Positions 48,705 to 64,000 of a stretch of DNA of 64,000 nt are shown here, one piece after another (the first letter of the stretch is position 1; the number at the start of each line of letters is the position of its first letter). This DNA is from Paraspadella gotoi (Eukaryota > Animalia > Chaetognatha). The notes below the pieces were generated by a model that saw only the letters and a program-made list of their open reading frames with translations, was not told the DNA's origin and did not search any database. A program made the translations under genes and the position numbers. The stretch is from the NCBI GenBank assembly GCA_051294375.1, contig CM119271.1, positions 8,457,637 to 8,521,636 on the forward strand. The letters are read 5' to 3'.

Positions 48705-49376
48705 CCTCGGTTTTCTCGTCTCTTTTTCACGTCTCATTATTTTCGTTGCTCGAGTTTTTGCTGGCACCAAATTTTTTCTCTCCATCGAATTTCGGCGCCT
48801 GGAGAGGATGGAGTGAGAGAGCAAGGGAGAGAGAGAGGGAGAGAGAAGAGAGAGAGAAGACGAGAGAGAGAGAAGAGAGAGAGAGAGCTAGAGAGAAAGA
48901 GATTAGGGAGATAGAACACGTTTAATAAGTGGGTGAGTCGAATGAAAAAGTAAGGAACAAGGAAATAAGGAGAAGGAAAGAGAACCCGATTGAAAAATAG
49001 AAAATCTTAAAAAAAAAAAAAAAAAACATTTTTCATCATCCCTTTTTACTCTCTTTCATTCAAATTCATTCTTCCCTTTTCCTTATTCCTCCTTTTTATC
49101 CCTTTTCACATCATTTTCCTCTTCTCTCCATCCCCCACCCTTCCCCTCCCCCAATTTCCCCTCTTCCTTTCCCCCACCCCTTCACCTCTCCCTCTCCTTC
49201 CCCCCAAATTTCCTCCCGCTCGATTTCGGGCGGCCTTCTAAAAATTCGAATTTGAATGACAGAAAAAGCGAAGCATTGAGAGTCAAAGACGCGAACCGAA
49301 TTTTTGGCGCCGAACGAAATTCCAAAACGAGGCTCCTCTTTTTTTTATTCATTCCTCTCTCTCTCTCTCTCTCTCT

Positions 49377-49420
<44 letters not shown>

Positions 49421-50339
49421 CCAGTATTTTGTCGTGCTTTTTTCTGGGTTTTTATTTCTGAAATTTTTGTAAATTGTGTTGTTTACTTAAAAAAAATAAA
49501 AAAATAACAACTCGTTCATGATTTGATTGACGTCTCACGTCGAGACTGTTAAACATTAAAGATGGGGAAAAATATATTCTCAGAAAAAAGTTCATAAATT
49601 ATATTTAAATATAATCTTCACTAGACTTTATGGAGCTACTGACATAAAGTGCCCCACTTTCATTCAGGCGACCGCTAACCGAACTAGGTAAGTTCAACGT
49701 TTTCTCAGCGACTCACCTCCTTTTTCATCGGCGACGACATTGGCGTCTTCATCTCATACTAAATCACCGCTTTCCTCTGAAGGTAAGTATCTAGCTATAG
49801 TTAGGCTCTATCTATGCCCTCGGCAGGGAAAAGAGGTGAGTAGGGTGAGGATATTTATAATGGTAAAAGGTAAGTACGTATGGCAAAGGGAAAAAAAGTA
49901 CATGAAAGGGAAGGTTCGCCGTGGACTTCGTTGACTCGAGACTGCTGTGACGATTTCCTAAGACCCGATCAAAGATACGGGGATGTGGAGGAGGGGACGA
50001 CGAGGGGAAGAGGAGGAGGAGACGTTGAGAGGAGGAAGAGAAGAACCGGGGAAGATATAGGCCCTGGCGGTAGAGGGAGCCTCTATCCTGCTTTCATCGT
50101 CGACGCCATAAATAACTACATCTCCTACTCCATCATCGACTCCATCACGGACTACATCACTTTCTCCATCATCGACTCCATCACTTACTTCATCACCGAC
50201 TACATCACTTACTTCAATCACCTACTCCATCGGCAACTCTTTTTTTTCTGCATCCTCTTTCTTTTGGCCGCCTCTTCTCCTTTTTATGGTAATTGAAAAT
50301 GATGAGGTGAGAGAAGACGAGTACAGCCGGAGGAAAGGG

Positions 50340-51334
50340 AGGAAAGAGGAAAGAAGGAAGAGAGAGGTAGGAGGAGGAGAAAGAGAGAGGGAGTGGAGGG
50401 AGGAAAAGGGAAGGAGGAAGGAGTGGGAGAGGGAGGAAGAAGGAGGAGAAAGAGAGAGGGAGTGGAGGGAGGAAAAGAGATGAAAAGAGCAGGAAGAAGA
50501 GGGAGGAAGCGTGAAAAGAAAGGAGAAAAAAAAGTGAGGAAGGAAAGAAACGAAGAAAGAGGAAAAATGAAGGAGGAAGATGAAGGAGGAAGAGAGAGGA
50601 ATGAGAATGAGAAATGGGAATGAGGAATGAGAATGAGGAATGAGAATGAGAAATGGGAATGAGAATGAGGAATGAGAATAGTAAATGAGAATGAAAATCA
50701 GGAATGGGAATGAGAAATGAGAATGAGAATGAGGAATGAGAATAGTAAATGAGAATGAGAATGAGGAATGGGAATGAGAAATGGGAATGAGATGAGGAAT
50801 GAAAATAGTAAATGAGTAAATAATTAAAGGAAAGTGAGGACAGGAGATTGAAAAAATGTGGATAGAAAGAGGAAGAGGAAAGAGAGAAGGAAGGATGTAG
50901 AATAGAATAGAATAGAATAGAATAGAATAGAATAGAATAGAATATAAGAGAAGAGAAGAGAAGAGAAGAGAAGAGAAGAGAAGAGAAGAGAAGAGAAGAG
51001 AATAGAATAGAGAATATAATAGAGAATAGAATAAAGTGAGAAATGGCACGACGGTTCCGGACGGCAATCGGAAGGGAAAAACACGGCGACAAAAGGGCAA
51101 AGTGGAGGAAGAGAAAGAAAAGGAAATAAAAAGAAGTACAAAGAATAGGGGAGGATGAGGGTAGAAAAGGAAAGAAAGAAAAGGGACAGAGAATAAAGGA
51201 GGAAGAGAAAGAGAAAAGGAAAGGAAAGGGACGGAGACGTTTCCTATCACCAAGATGGACAAAGCGATTTCAGACGCCATCTTTTTCATCTGGAAACGAA
51301 TTAATTTGATTCCAGACGAGAGAGAGAGAGAGAA

Positions 51335-51400
<66 letters not shown>
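50340..51400. repeat. Compound purine-rich simple repeats: (GAATGA)n, (AATAG)n, (AAGAG)n, (GA)n
   Basis: Directly visible. Confidence 0.9.
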
Positions 51401-51404
<4 letters not shown>

Positions 51405-52172
51405 GGAAAAGGGTGACGAAAAGGGCGGGAAAAAAGAAAAGAAAGGATTTTCTTTTTGTCCAACCTTCTTTTCCCCCTTTTTTTAGGCTCGAGTCGATTT
51501 GAGACAATTTTTTATTCTCCCTTTCCTTTACTCTCACCCCCCCCTAACCGTAGCCACCTCCCCGCCCTCCCTCCTCTTTTTACCCCAAAAGGAAATAGTT
51601 TTCTTTTCTTTTTCATCAGACGATTTTTATCCCAATTTTTTTTTTCCTTTTTTCCTTTTTTTCGTGAAAAACGAAAAAAGCGGAAGACGAAGATTCCACT
51701 TTGGCCTCGAAGCGGCGCCACCCGAAGGGGGGATTGAGGCGGGGTAGAGAAGAGGAGGAGGAGGAGGAGGAGGAGGACGAAGAAGTGGAAGAGGGAGGAC
51801 GACGACAAAAAAATGACGAATAAGAAGAAAAGACGACGACGACGTCGACGACGACAAAAACGACGAAGAAGAAATAACGATGACGATGACGACGACGCCG
51901 ATGACAAAAACGACGATTAATTACGACGACGACGACGACGACAAATACAAAAACGTGAAAAAGAAGCGAAAATAAAAATGTGATTACGCAGCCTGTTTTC
52001 GATTTCGACAACCGCATCAAGATCGCGCGGCGCCGGGATCAACTCCATTACTTATTTTCGACGCCGATTACGACTTCCTTCGTCGCCCACTTCCGCCATC
52101 GCGACGCCGCGTCATTCGAAGATCGAAACTTTCATCGCTGAACAAGAGAGGAGAGTGGAGAGAAGGAGAGAC

Positions 52173-52233
<61 letters not shown>

Positions 52234-52303
52234 AGTGAGAGAGAGAGAGAGAAGGAGAGTAGAGAGATAGAGAGAGAGAGAGAGAGAGAAATGAGAGAGA
52301 GAG

Positions 52304-56170
<3,867 letters not shown>

Positions 56171-57407
56171 TCCTAAGTTTACTTCTCTTTCTGTTTCCTT
56201 TCTTTTCTTTTGTTGCCTCTTTTTTCCTTACTTCCTTTCCCTATATAATTTATAGTATATATAGTATATATAGCTATCTTTTATTCATTTTATTAGTTTA
56301 ACCTCCTTCTCTGCCTCTCTTCCTTCGCTTCTCTCCTTTTCCTCTCTTCTCTTCCTCTCTAACTCGCTCAGAAGCGAAGGAACATAACAAATGGTTCGTC
56401 GCGACCCCTGGGGTCAAATCATCCACTTCGGAGAAGGAAAGGGAAGAGTCGGCTATGATTTTGAGACCAAGTTGCCTAAGAGAGGTGTTATTGGTCTTAG
56501 AGAGGCTTAAGGGGGAAGTTATTGGTCTTAGAAGTTATTGGTCTTAGAGAGGTTTAAGGGGGAAGTCTTGGACCTTTACTGATTTTGTTTTTTTTTTTTA
56601 GAAACCAAAGATAATGAAAGATTAAGTTAGAATATTTATTATTTATTGATATTGATTGTTTTAACTCGTAACCGTCGCGGTAAAATTCATTTGTCTTCAT
56701 TTAAGGACAGACTAATTTGTAAATACTGTAACAATTACGTAATGTATATACGATGATTATTTAAATAACCTTTGTGGTAAAGTTTTNNNNNNNNNNATTA
56801 CGTAATGTATATGCGATGATTATTTAAATAACTTTTGTGGTAAAGTTTTTGGCCAAGTCATAATTAATGATAGTCCTATTTGTAAATAGAAATTGCGTAA
56901 AGTAATTGTGATTATTATTTAAACTATTTCTATTTTTTTTATGCATAGAAAGAACAAAACTTTTTTTTTCTTTCTATATTCGTTCGTCTACGCAATAACA
57001 TTCAATTTTTTTACATCACGCCATTCGCCTTTTGTTCGACTGGCGCCTTGGTTCTTTTTTTTATATTTTGTTGCACCAAAATCGCACGCAGCGCCTCTCA
57101 CGACTGGTCGAGTAAGTTTCTGACAGGAGAGCAAGTTTTTCCCTTTGAATTTTGATTCTCCGTGTCGCGAGCACGGAGGAGGAAGAGGAGGAGGAGGAGG
57201 AGGAGGAGGAGGGAGTGAGGCGCGAATTGCCTGTCAACGATACGACACGTTATGAAGGAGGGAGGAGGCAGCGGAGCAGAGAGAGGAAAGAGAGAAGGAG
57301 AGAGCAGAGACGACAGGAGTGGAGCTTAGAAAGTATGAGTGGAGAATTCGACTGCCGAAGAGATGAAAGGGCCGTTCTTAACCACCAAAATAAAAAAGGG
57401 ATGAAAG

Positions 57408-57441
<34 letters not shown>

Positions 57442-59367
57442 GCAGAGAGAGAGAGAGACGAGAGGAGGAGAGAGAAGACAGACAGATAGAGTGGGGAGAG
57501 AGAGGAAAGAAAAGAGAGACAGACAGACAGACAGACAGAGTCGGGAAGAGAGGAAATGAAATAAAGAGAGACGGGGTCGTGCCCGTGGCTCTAAGACGAG
57601 TTATGAAAAGGAGAGATAAAGGAAGGGACAAAGGTGTGACAAAGGAGAAATAAAGAGGGAGAGAGAGAGTAAAGGAACGAGAGAGAGAGAGAGAGAGAGG
57701 TCGCGACGGAGGTGTGGAACGTGCTGGGGCGAATGTCAGGAAACGTGTCTGGCCCTCATGACAGTAGCTTTGTCTTCATAACAAATGCGAGGAGATCCGA
57801 GGGAGGAAAGGAGGAATACAAAATGGCGGAAAGCGTCGAGCGGCTGCGGCGGCGGCTGCGGCGGCAGCGGCTGGCGCGGCGGCGGTCGCCCGGCGGGAAA
57901 TCGCTTTCGAACAATTGAACAATCGAATAACAACAAAAGGGGAGCGGAGTTAAATGGCGGGTGACTTTCTTTTTTTTTTTCATTTTTTCTTTTATTCTCT
58001 TTTATTTTCTCTTTTCTTTTCTTTTTATATTCATTTCTATGTTTTTGTCTTCAGATTTTCTTTTCTTTTATTCTTCTTCTTCTTGTTGTCTAATCCTCGT
58101 GGTCGTCGTCGTCGTCGTCGTCGTCGACTCCGCGCGTCAAGTTTTCAAGGAGAATTAAGATAAAACGCGGCCGCTAGATGGGGCGTCGTCAGTCGGCGAG
58201 AAGGAGCGGTTTTTCTTTTTTTGGATGGAAATATCATTCGCGTGATGGATAAAAATATATTTTTCGCGCGATCGAATATGATATAATTTTTTTATGCAAT
58301 TTATTGTGACGTTGTGTGAGAAAATATAAATCTAATGAGCGTTAAATCAATTTTTGGGAACAAAGAACCTCACAGGAAAGATCGTAATTGTGCGGCACGA
58401 AACTGGAAACTCGGAAACTCTGCGTTGACGCCACTTTTGGCAGGCGGCGTCGTCGGCTGCTGCGCGGCGTCAGCTGCTGCTGCGGCGTCGTTCTCGGGGT
58501 CTGCGACGGCGTCACTGTCGGCAACGTCGAACCGATGATTAATCGACCCAACACTTTTTTTTTGTGTTTTCGAGTTATGAGTGTTTTTTATTCTTTTTTT
58601 TTTTTTAACCGCCGACGACGGCCGAACTCTCTTTATACCGAAACGAAACGCCAGATGGCGCGAATCGCTCGGTTTAGGTTTTTTCGTTCACGTGAGAAAC
58701 AAATAGCCTCTAACGGTCAGAGTCGGAAGCGGCGCTTATTGGCATCGATTGACATTAATTCCCCGGTCATTTTTATTTCTATTTATTTTTTCATTTCCGA
58801 TTCCGATTAAGAGAAGAATCGAAAGTCATTTTCCCACCAACGCCGCCAATCGGGGAGAACAGACAACGATTGAGAAGACATCAAACGGAGAGAAAGGAGA
58901 AACGAAATAGCGTCGGAAAGTTTTTAACGAGACATAAAATCGGTAGCCAATACACTGACAAGTGCCAAGACCATTGACTGTTGTCCACTCGTCCAGGTCG
59001 AAAGGGATCATAAAAGATTGCCATGTCCATTACCCATTATTCCCTCTCAATAATAATAGGAACAATTTGCAAGATAGCCCGGTGATTTTTTTTTCCAGCG
59101 TCAACAACAGCAGGTTGATAACTTCCCGCAGCAGCAGCGGAAGCGGCGGCGACGCTCCAACGTTTCGATCCCAAACTCGGATCAAGTTTCGGCGCATCCA
59201 GAGTTAAAGCTAAAATCGAGTTCCATGTCGTTGACAAGTTCGTCGCCACATTGTCGTTTCCAATTCTCGCTCTTGTTTCTTCGCGCCTTCGATTCTCTTC
59301 GCGCGAAGAGACTCTTGTTTTTCCTTTCATGTTTTCCTTTCTTTCTCGTTCCGCCCTTTCTCACTTT

Positions 59368-59418
<51 letters not shown>

Positions 59419-59979
59419 CCCCCCCCTCTCTCTCTCTCTCTACACTTTTTTTGGCATTCCATTCGTGTTCCATCTTCCACTTTTCTTTCCTCCCTCCCTC
59501 TTTCACCTTTTCCCCTCCTCCCTTTCCTCCCTCCTTCATTGACAGTGATAAATGGCCGTCGAAGTCGAGTCTTCTCTCTCCCCACTCCTCCTCCTCCTGC
59601 TCCTCCTCCTCCTCCTCCTCGCCTCCGCACTTCATTTTATTATCATTAGAAAAGATAGAATCCTCTTCCCATTTGTCCCCGTCCGTCGCTCATTCGCTTG
59701 TCCGACTCGGCGCGACCCATCTTCACAATTTTCTCCTATCTTCCCTTTTTTCACGTCCCCATTTATTCTTTTCCCTTTCTCTCTCTCTCTCTCTCTCTTC
59801 CTCTTTCTCTCTCTCTCTCTCTCTCTCTCCTCTCTCTCCCTCTCCTCTCTCGTCTCCCCTCTCTCCCTCTACTTCTTCATCCTTCTTTTAACTACTCTCC
59901 TTTAATTTCCTCTCTTTCACATTAGCCTTTCCTTTTTTTTCCTCCTCTCTCTCTCTCTCTCTCTCTCCTCTCTTCTCTC

Positions 59980-60028
<49 letters not shown>

Positions 60029-60800
60029 ACCCTTTTCTTTAAAATCCCTCACCCCCCTTCACCTACTAACCCGCGTGTGTGGGCGAGTAACGAAATTGGA
60101 ATAGGGGGCGCGTCGGGTTGTAACCCCGGAATTTTTAAACTGACTTTCGTAACAGATGACCTCATTCACGCCCGCCGACTTAACAATCTTCCTCGTCCAC
60201 AAGATGACACCCTAATATCGCGAAGAAACTTCGACCTACTTCGCCATCTAAAGGATGTCACTTATTTCATCGCCATAATGGCCACTGATCATTACTTCAT
60301 TCTCTCAAACGAATTTCTAAAAGTTATCCTCCCTATCATCCAATCGCCTTGGACTTAAATCGACTGCATCAAAATGCTACTCCTTTTTGTGATCTTTGAC
60401 TTTTAATCTCATTTACATATTGCAGTAATCTACAATATTTTCTACAATAATCTACGGCTAATTTCCTTTGTTTTTTTTTAAGGCAGACATAATGACCAAA
60501 GTTGTTTTTTTTATCTCTAAAAAGAATCGTTGGGAGAGAGGATTCGATGACTTTTTATTGCCATTCGAGAAATACACGGATTTGTGAGATCTGTGAGATG
60601 GCGTGAAGTAGGAATGGGAGATACAAAAGAGTAGCATCTGCTTCTTCGTCAAATACGCTTGTCGCTACTATGTTTTATTAGTACCGTTACTATTATTGTA
60701 TTGTGTTAATATATTAATATTGTATTAATCCTTTCAGTTTCGTTGAGTTGAGATTTAAGCAAAGTTCGAAAATAATTTCTTCAACGATTTTTATTTTTGT

Positions 60801-60842
60801 ACGGACATATTTCGACTCTTTTTTCGAGCCTTCATCAGCGTT
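60801..60842 (-). ncRNA. Minimal type I hammerhead ribozyme, variant copy
   Basis: Minus strand: acg-CTGATGA-a-ggctc-gaaaaaa-gagtc-GAAA-tat-GTC-cgt. Confidence 0.7.
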
Positions 60843-61159
60843 AATAAACATTTACAAATTTGTGCAAAAGAAGAGAGAGAGAGAGAAACAGAGAAACAGA
60901 GAGAGACAAAATAATACATTGTGCAATGTACAACCAGGAATAAGTTTAAACTAATAGTGAATTTAACAATTAATCTAATAATAAATAGATAGTAATGAAA
61001 GGAAAGAAAGTTTTTAAATGTGAAATGATACATTTTTTGTGAGGGATAGATAAGTGACTGTTAAAGTGAAAAATTAAGAATTATGATACTATCATAATTC
61101 TTAATTTTTCTCTCTCTCTCTGAGATAGAGCTCATTTTGCTCAAATTTGTAAATGTTTA

Positions 61160-61205
61160 TTAACGCTGATGAAGGCTCGAAAAAAGAGTCGAAACATGTC
61201 CGTAC
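61160..61205 (+). ncRNA. Minimal type I hammerhead ribozyme (Penelope-like element type)
   Basis: acg-CTGATGA(61166-72)-a-ggctc-gaaaaaa-gagtc-GAAA(61191-94)-CATGTC-cgt: full core, stem II, palindromic minimal stem III, GUC site ending at 61200, stem I acg/cgt. Confidence 0.82.
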
Positions 61206-63557
61206 AAAAATAAAAATCGTTGAAGAACTTATTTTCGAACGTTGCTTATATATTAATATTAAAAAAATAAAATACTCGATTACATTTGCCATAACCTGTC
61301 CTTTCCTTCATACGGAAAAGAATTTAAATATTAGTATTTTGTACTAGTATTAGTATTAGTACTTTGAAATTAATTTTGAATTTGAATTTCTAATCTTAAT
61401 TTAATTCCCGAACCTTAACTTAATCCTGAACCTTAGCCCTTAATCTTAATACGTTAAATCCTAATCTCTATCCTAATCCCTAACCTCCTACCCAAATTAT
61501 TCCCAAAATTGGGCGATCTGGGAAAATAAGGTCAGTACCTGATAGCGACAAAGTTTGCTTTCGTTCGATCTGAGTAAAATGTCTATAAACCGACTGTTAC
61601 GAAATAACTATCTTTAATATTGCGAGGAAATCCAGCTTCTCTACCTTTTCCCCGTTGCTCTTTTGCTCTTTATTACTGACATCGAAAATGCTTCCATTCT
61701 AGCGATCGACACGACATCTTTAGGCTCTTTCTTTTGTTTATACTTAAGTACAGAATTCCGAAGGCAGTGTACAGCTGATTCTGATTGGTGCCCGTGATTT
61801 CGATAGATTTCGATTAAGATTCTAATCGAATTCTGCTCACGTGGCATCTACAGATCTCAAAGTTGTCACTGGGTTTTTAGTTCTTTTCAGAGCATTAGAA
61901 ACTCTTATCAGATATCTCGGAATCTTATTTTTTGTGTGATCGCTGGTTTGGTGGACTTTTCTATGAGAGAAGCATCTCTTTTTGTATATTATTGGCTTCA
62001 GAAACAAGTAAGAAAGACACTTTAAATTTATATATATTTGCTGAGTTTGTGATAAATGTTTTGTTATTCTTTGCCCAGGACTTCTAACTACAATCAAGCT
62101 ACAACTACTCTACAGACTACTACTCCTTCTACTACAGACATTTCGTCAAGTCCTGGGCTTCGTAGATCGTCGTCCTTTCGGCCTTAGCCGACGTCATCTA
62201 CCGAGACTTTGTCGTCATCATCTCCAGGGCGTCTTGACCGGCGCCATCGTCTCTTCTGCGCCATTTTATACCCGATTCCATCTGGTCTTCAATGCGCAGA
62301 ATTAGTCCAGTCAGTTAGAATTCAAAGACGCCACTTCTCCGAACTTAGTTCAATACACCGACGTTCAGTAAACAAACAAGATGTCTCTGTTAAAAAATTA
62401 AGGATCGTTTGCCCATTGATACCGAATATTTAATGAGAGAATCTCGATTCAACTTCGCCAATCAGATGGGATCATTTTGAAGATCGCTTAAAAATCTTCT
62501 CTCGGTTGTCGATGACATTTGTTGTCAGCGACGACGTCGTTCTTTACTAATTCCCTGTCGTAGAGTCGCTGAAGTCACGGGCAAGAAGCCAAATCGTCTT
62601 CGCGCGGTCGCCCATGAGTGAGAGAGAGAGAGATAGAGATGTGAGAGAGAGTAAGAGAGAGAGACTATACTGAAAATGAAGTAGATAAAATTGACCAGGT
62701 ATGAAAGGTAGGGCGACATATAGAGACGAAGCAGAACCAATGACAGAGAGCGAGAGAGTCCCAACGAGGCCGCGTCGCTCGCGACGATCCACGTTGCTCC
62801 CTCTCTCGTTCGATTTTAAAATTTCTTTTCTCCTTTTTTGTTTTCCCGACGTCGCCATTTTCTTTTTCCCCCTCAAAATTCCCTCTTACCTTTTTTTCCC
62901 CTCAACTCTGCCGGATTTTTTTTTTTCGGCCGCCTTCGTCGGCCTACACCGCAACAAACCGACGCCCCCGTCGCAGCGGCCGCGGCACGCCGCAGCCGCA
63001 CGCCGCCGCACGCCGGAGCCGACTCTCGCGCACAACCATTTGGCGGATGATTAATGCCGGCGACGTGCTAAAAATACCGCGCGGTCGAGAGAGCGCATGC
63101 GCGCCCCNNNNNNNNNNNNNNNNNNNNNNNNNNNNNNNNNNNNNNNNNNNNNNNNNNNNNNNNNNNNNNNNNNNNNNNNNNNNNNNNNNNNNNNNNNNNN
63201 NNNNNNNNNNNNNNNNNNNNNNNNNNNNNNNNNNNNNNNNNNNNNNNNNNNNNNNNNNNNNNNNNNNNNNNNNNNNNNNNNNNNNNNNNNNNNNNNNNNN
63301 NNNNNNNNNNNNNNNNNNNNNNNNNNNNNNNNNAAAAAAAAGCAATAAAGGCCTGACTGTTATTACGCGCGCCCGGTTTTGTCATTGATGTATAACGAAC
63401 GATTAACGACGTCAACGGCGAAAGACGACTAATAACCGGCGACGACGACGATGAGAACGACGATAACGACGACCAAGACGTTTTTGTAAGGTTCGTTGGC
63501 TCGCCGTCGGCGGCGTTGTTGGCAATTCGTCGATCTGGGGAAAGGAAAATCAGGGGG

Positions 63558-63601
<44 letters not shown>

Positions 63602-64000
63602 TAGAAAGAAATTGACGCATCTTTAAAAAAACCTCAGGATTTCAGACGGCCCCAATCTGACGAGATGGAACTAAGGATTCTCAAAGTCTTCCATCCGAAT
63701 TCTTGATGGTTTTCAAAATCAAATTGTGGGCGTCATCGTCGGCGTGGTCGACATGTAAGCGTCATTTGCTTATCGACGTTGAGTTAGTAAAAGACTTGTT
63801 TTGCAAATTCACATTGCATGTCGATGCTCTTGGCATCTAGAAGATTACCCGAGTTTACGCAAATCCCCGCGGCTTAAGAAGTTCCGACATATATGTTATT
63901 TCTTAAAATTTGAATTAAATTGGTTTACCTTTAGACAAATTTTCCATTATGCTTTTATCCTAATGTTAAAATATCAAGGAAATAAAATTATTGTTAAATC

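Noticed and set aside
50105-50230. 12-bp degenerate repeat as a mucin-like exon or CRISPR-like array
   Set aside because: No spacers and no clear splice context; treated as a minisatellite.
56737-56850. ~50-bp direct repeat
   Set aside because: Flanks a 10-N gap; contig-end overlap.
61400-61495. CCTAA/CCCTAA-like tract as an interstitial telomere
   Set aside because: Too degenerate and short.

Overview
This is eukaryotic, almost certainly animal (invertebrate-type) DNA from a compact, intron-rich draft assembly: GC-rich exons, short AT- and microsatellite-rich introns, and four N-gaps. Most ORFs in the supplied track are simple-repeat artefacts, so I rebuilt genes by hand from GT/AG splice sites and reading-frame phase. 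The first ~46 kb is gene dense. It holds the 5' end of an RRM gene, a divergent SID-1/SIDT-family membrane protein, a KIF14-like kinesin-3, a C2H2 zinc-finger gene with an intron-containing tRNA-Met nested antisense, DNAJB12/14-like, NIPSNAP, SERP1/RAMP4, a pannexin/innexin-like channel, a TMEM121/CECR6-like protein, and a HEPN-NACHT (STAND) gene. That NACHT gene lacks LRRs and ends in polyproline, WH2-like and acidic-Trp (VCA-like) segments, and is the best candidate for something undescribed. The last ~18 kb is gene poor and low complexity, with a probable assembly duplication and an inverted pair of minimal hammerhead ribozymes (Penelope-like). All family assignments are from motif recognition by eye; no database search was run.
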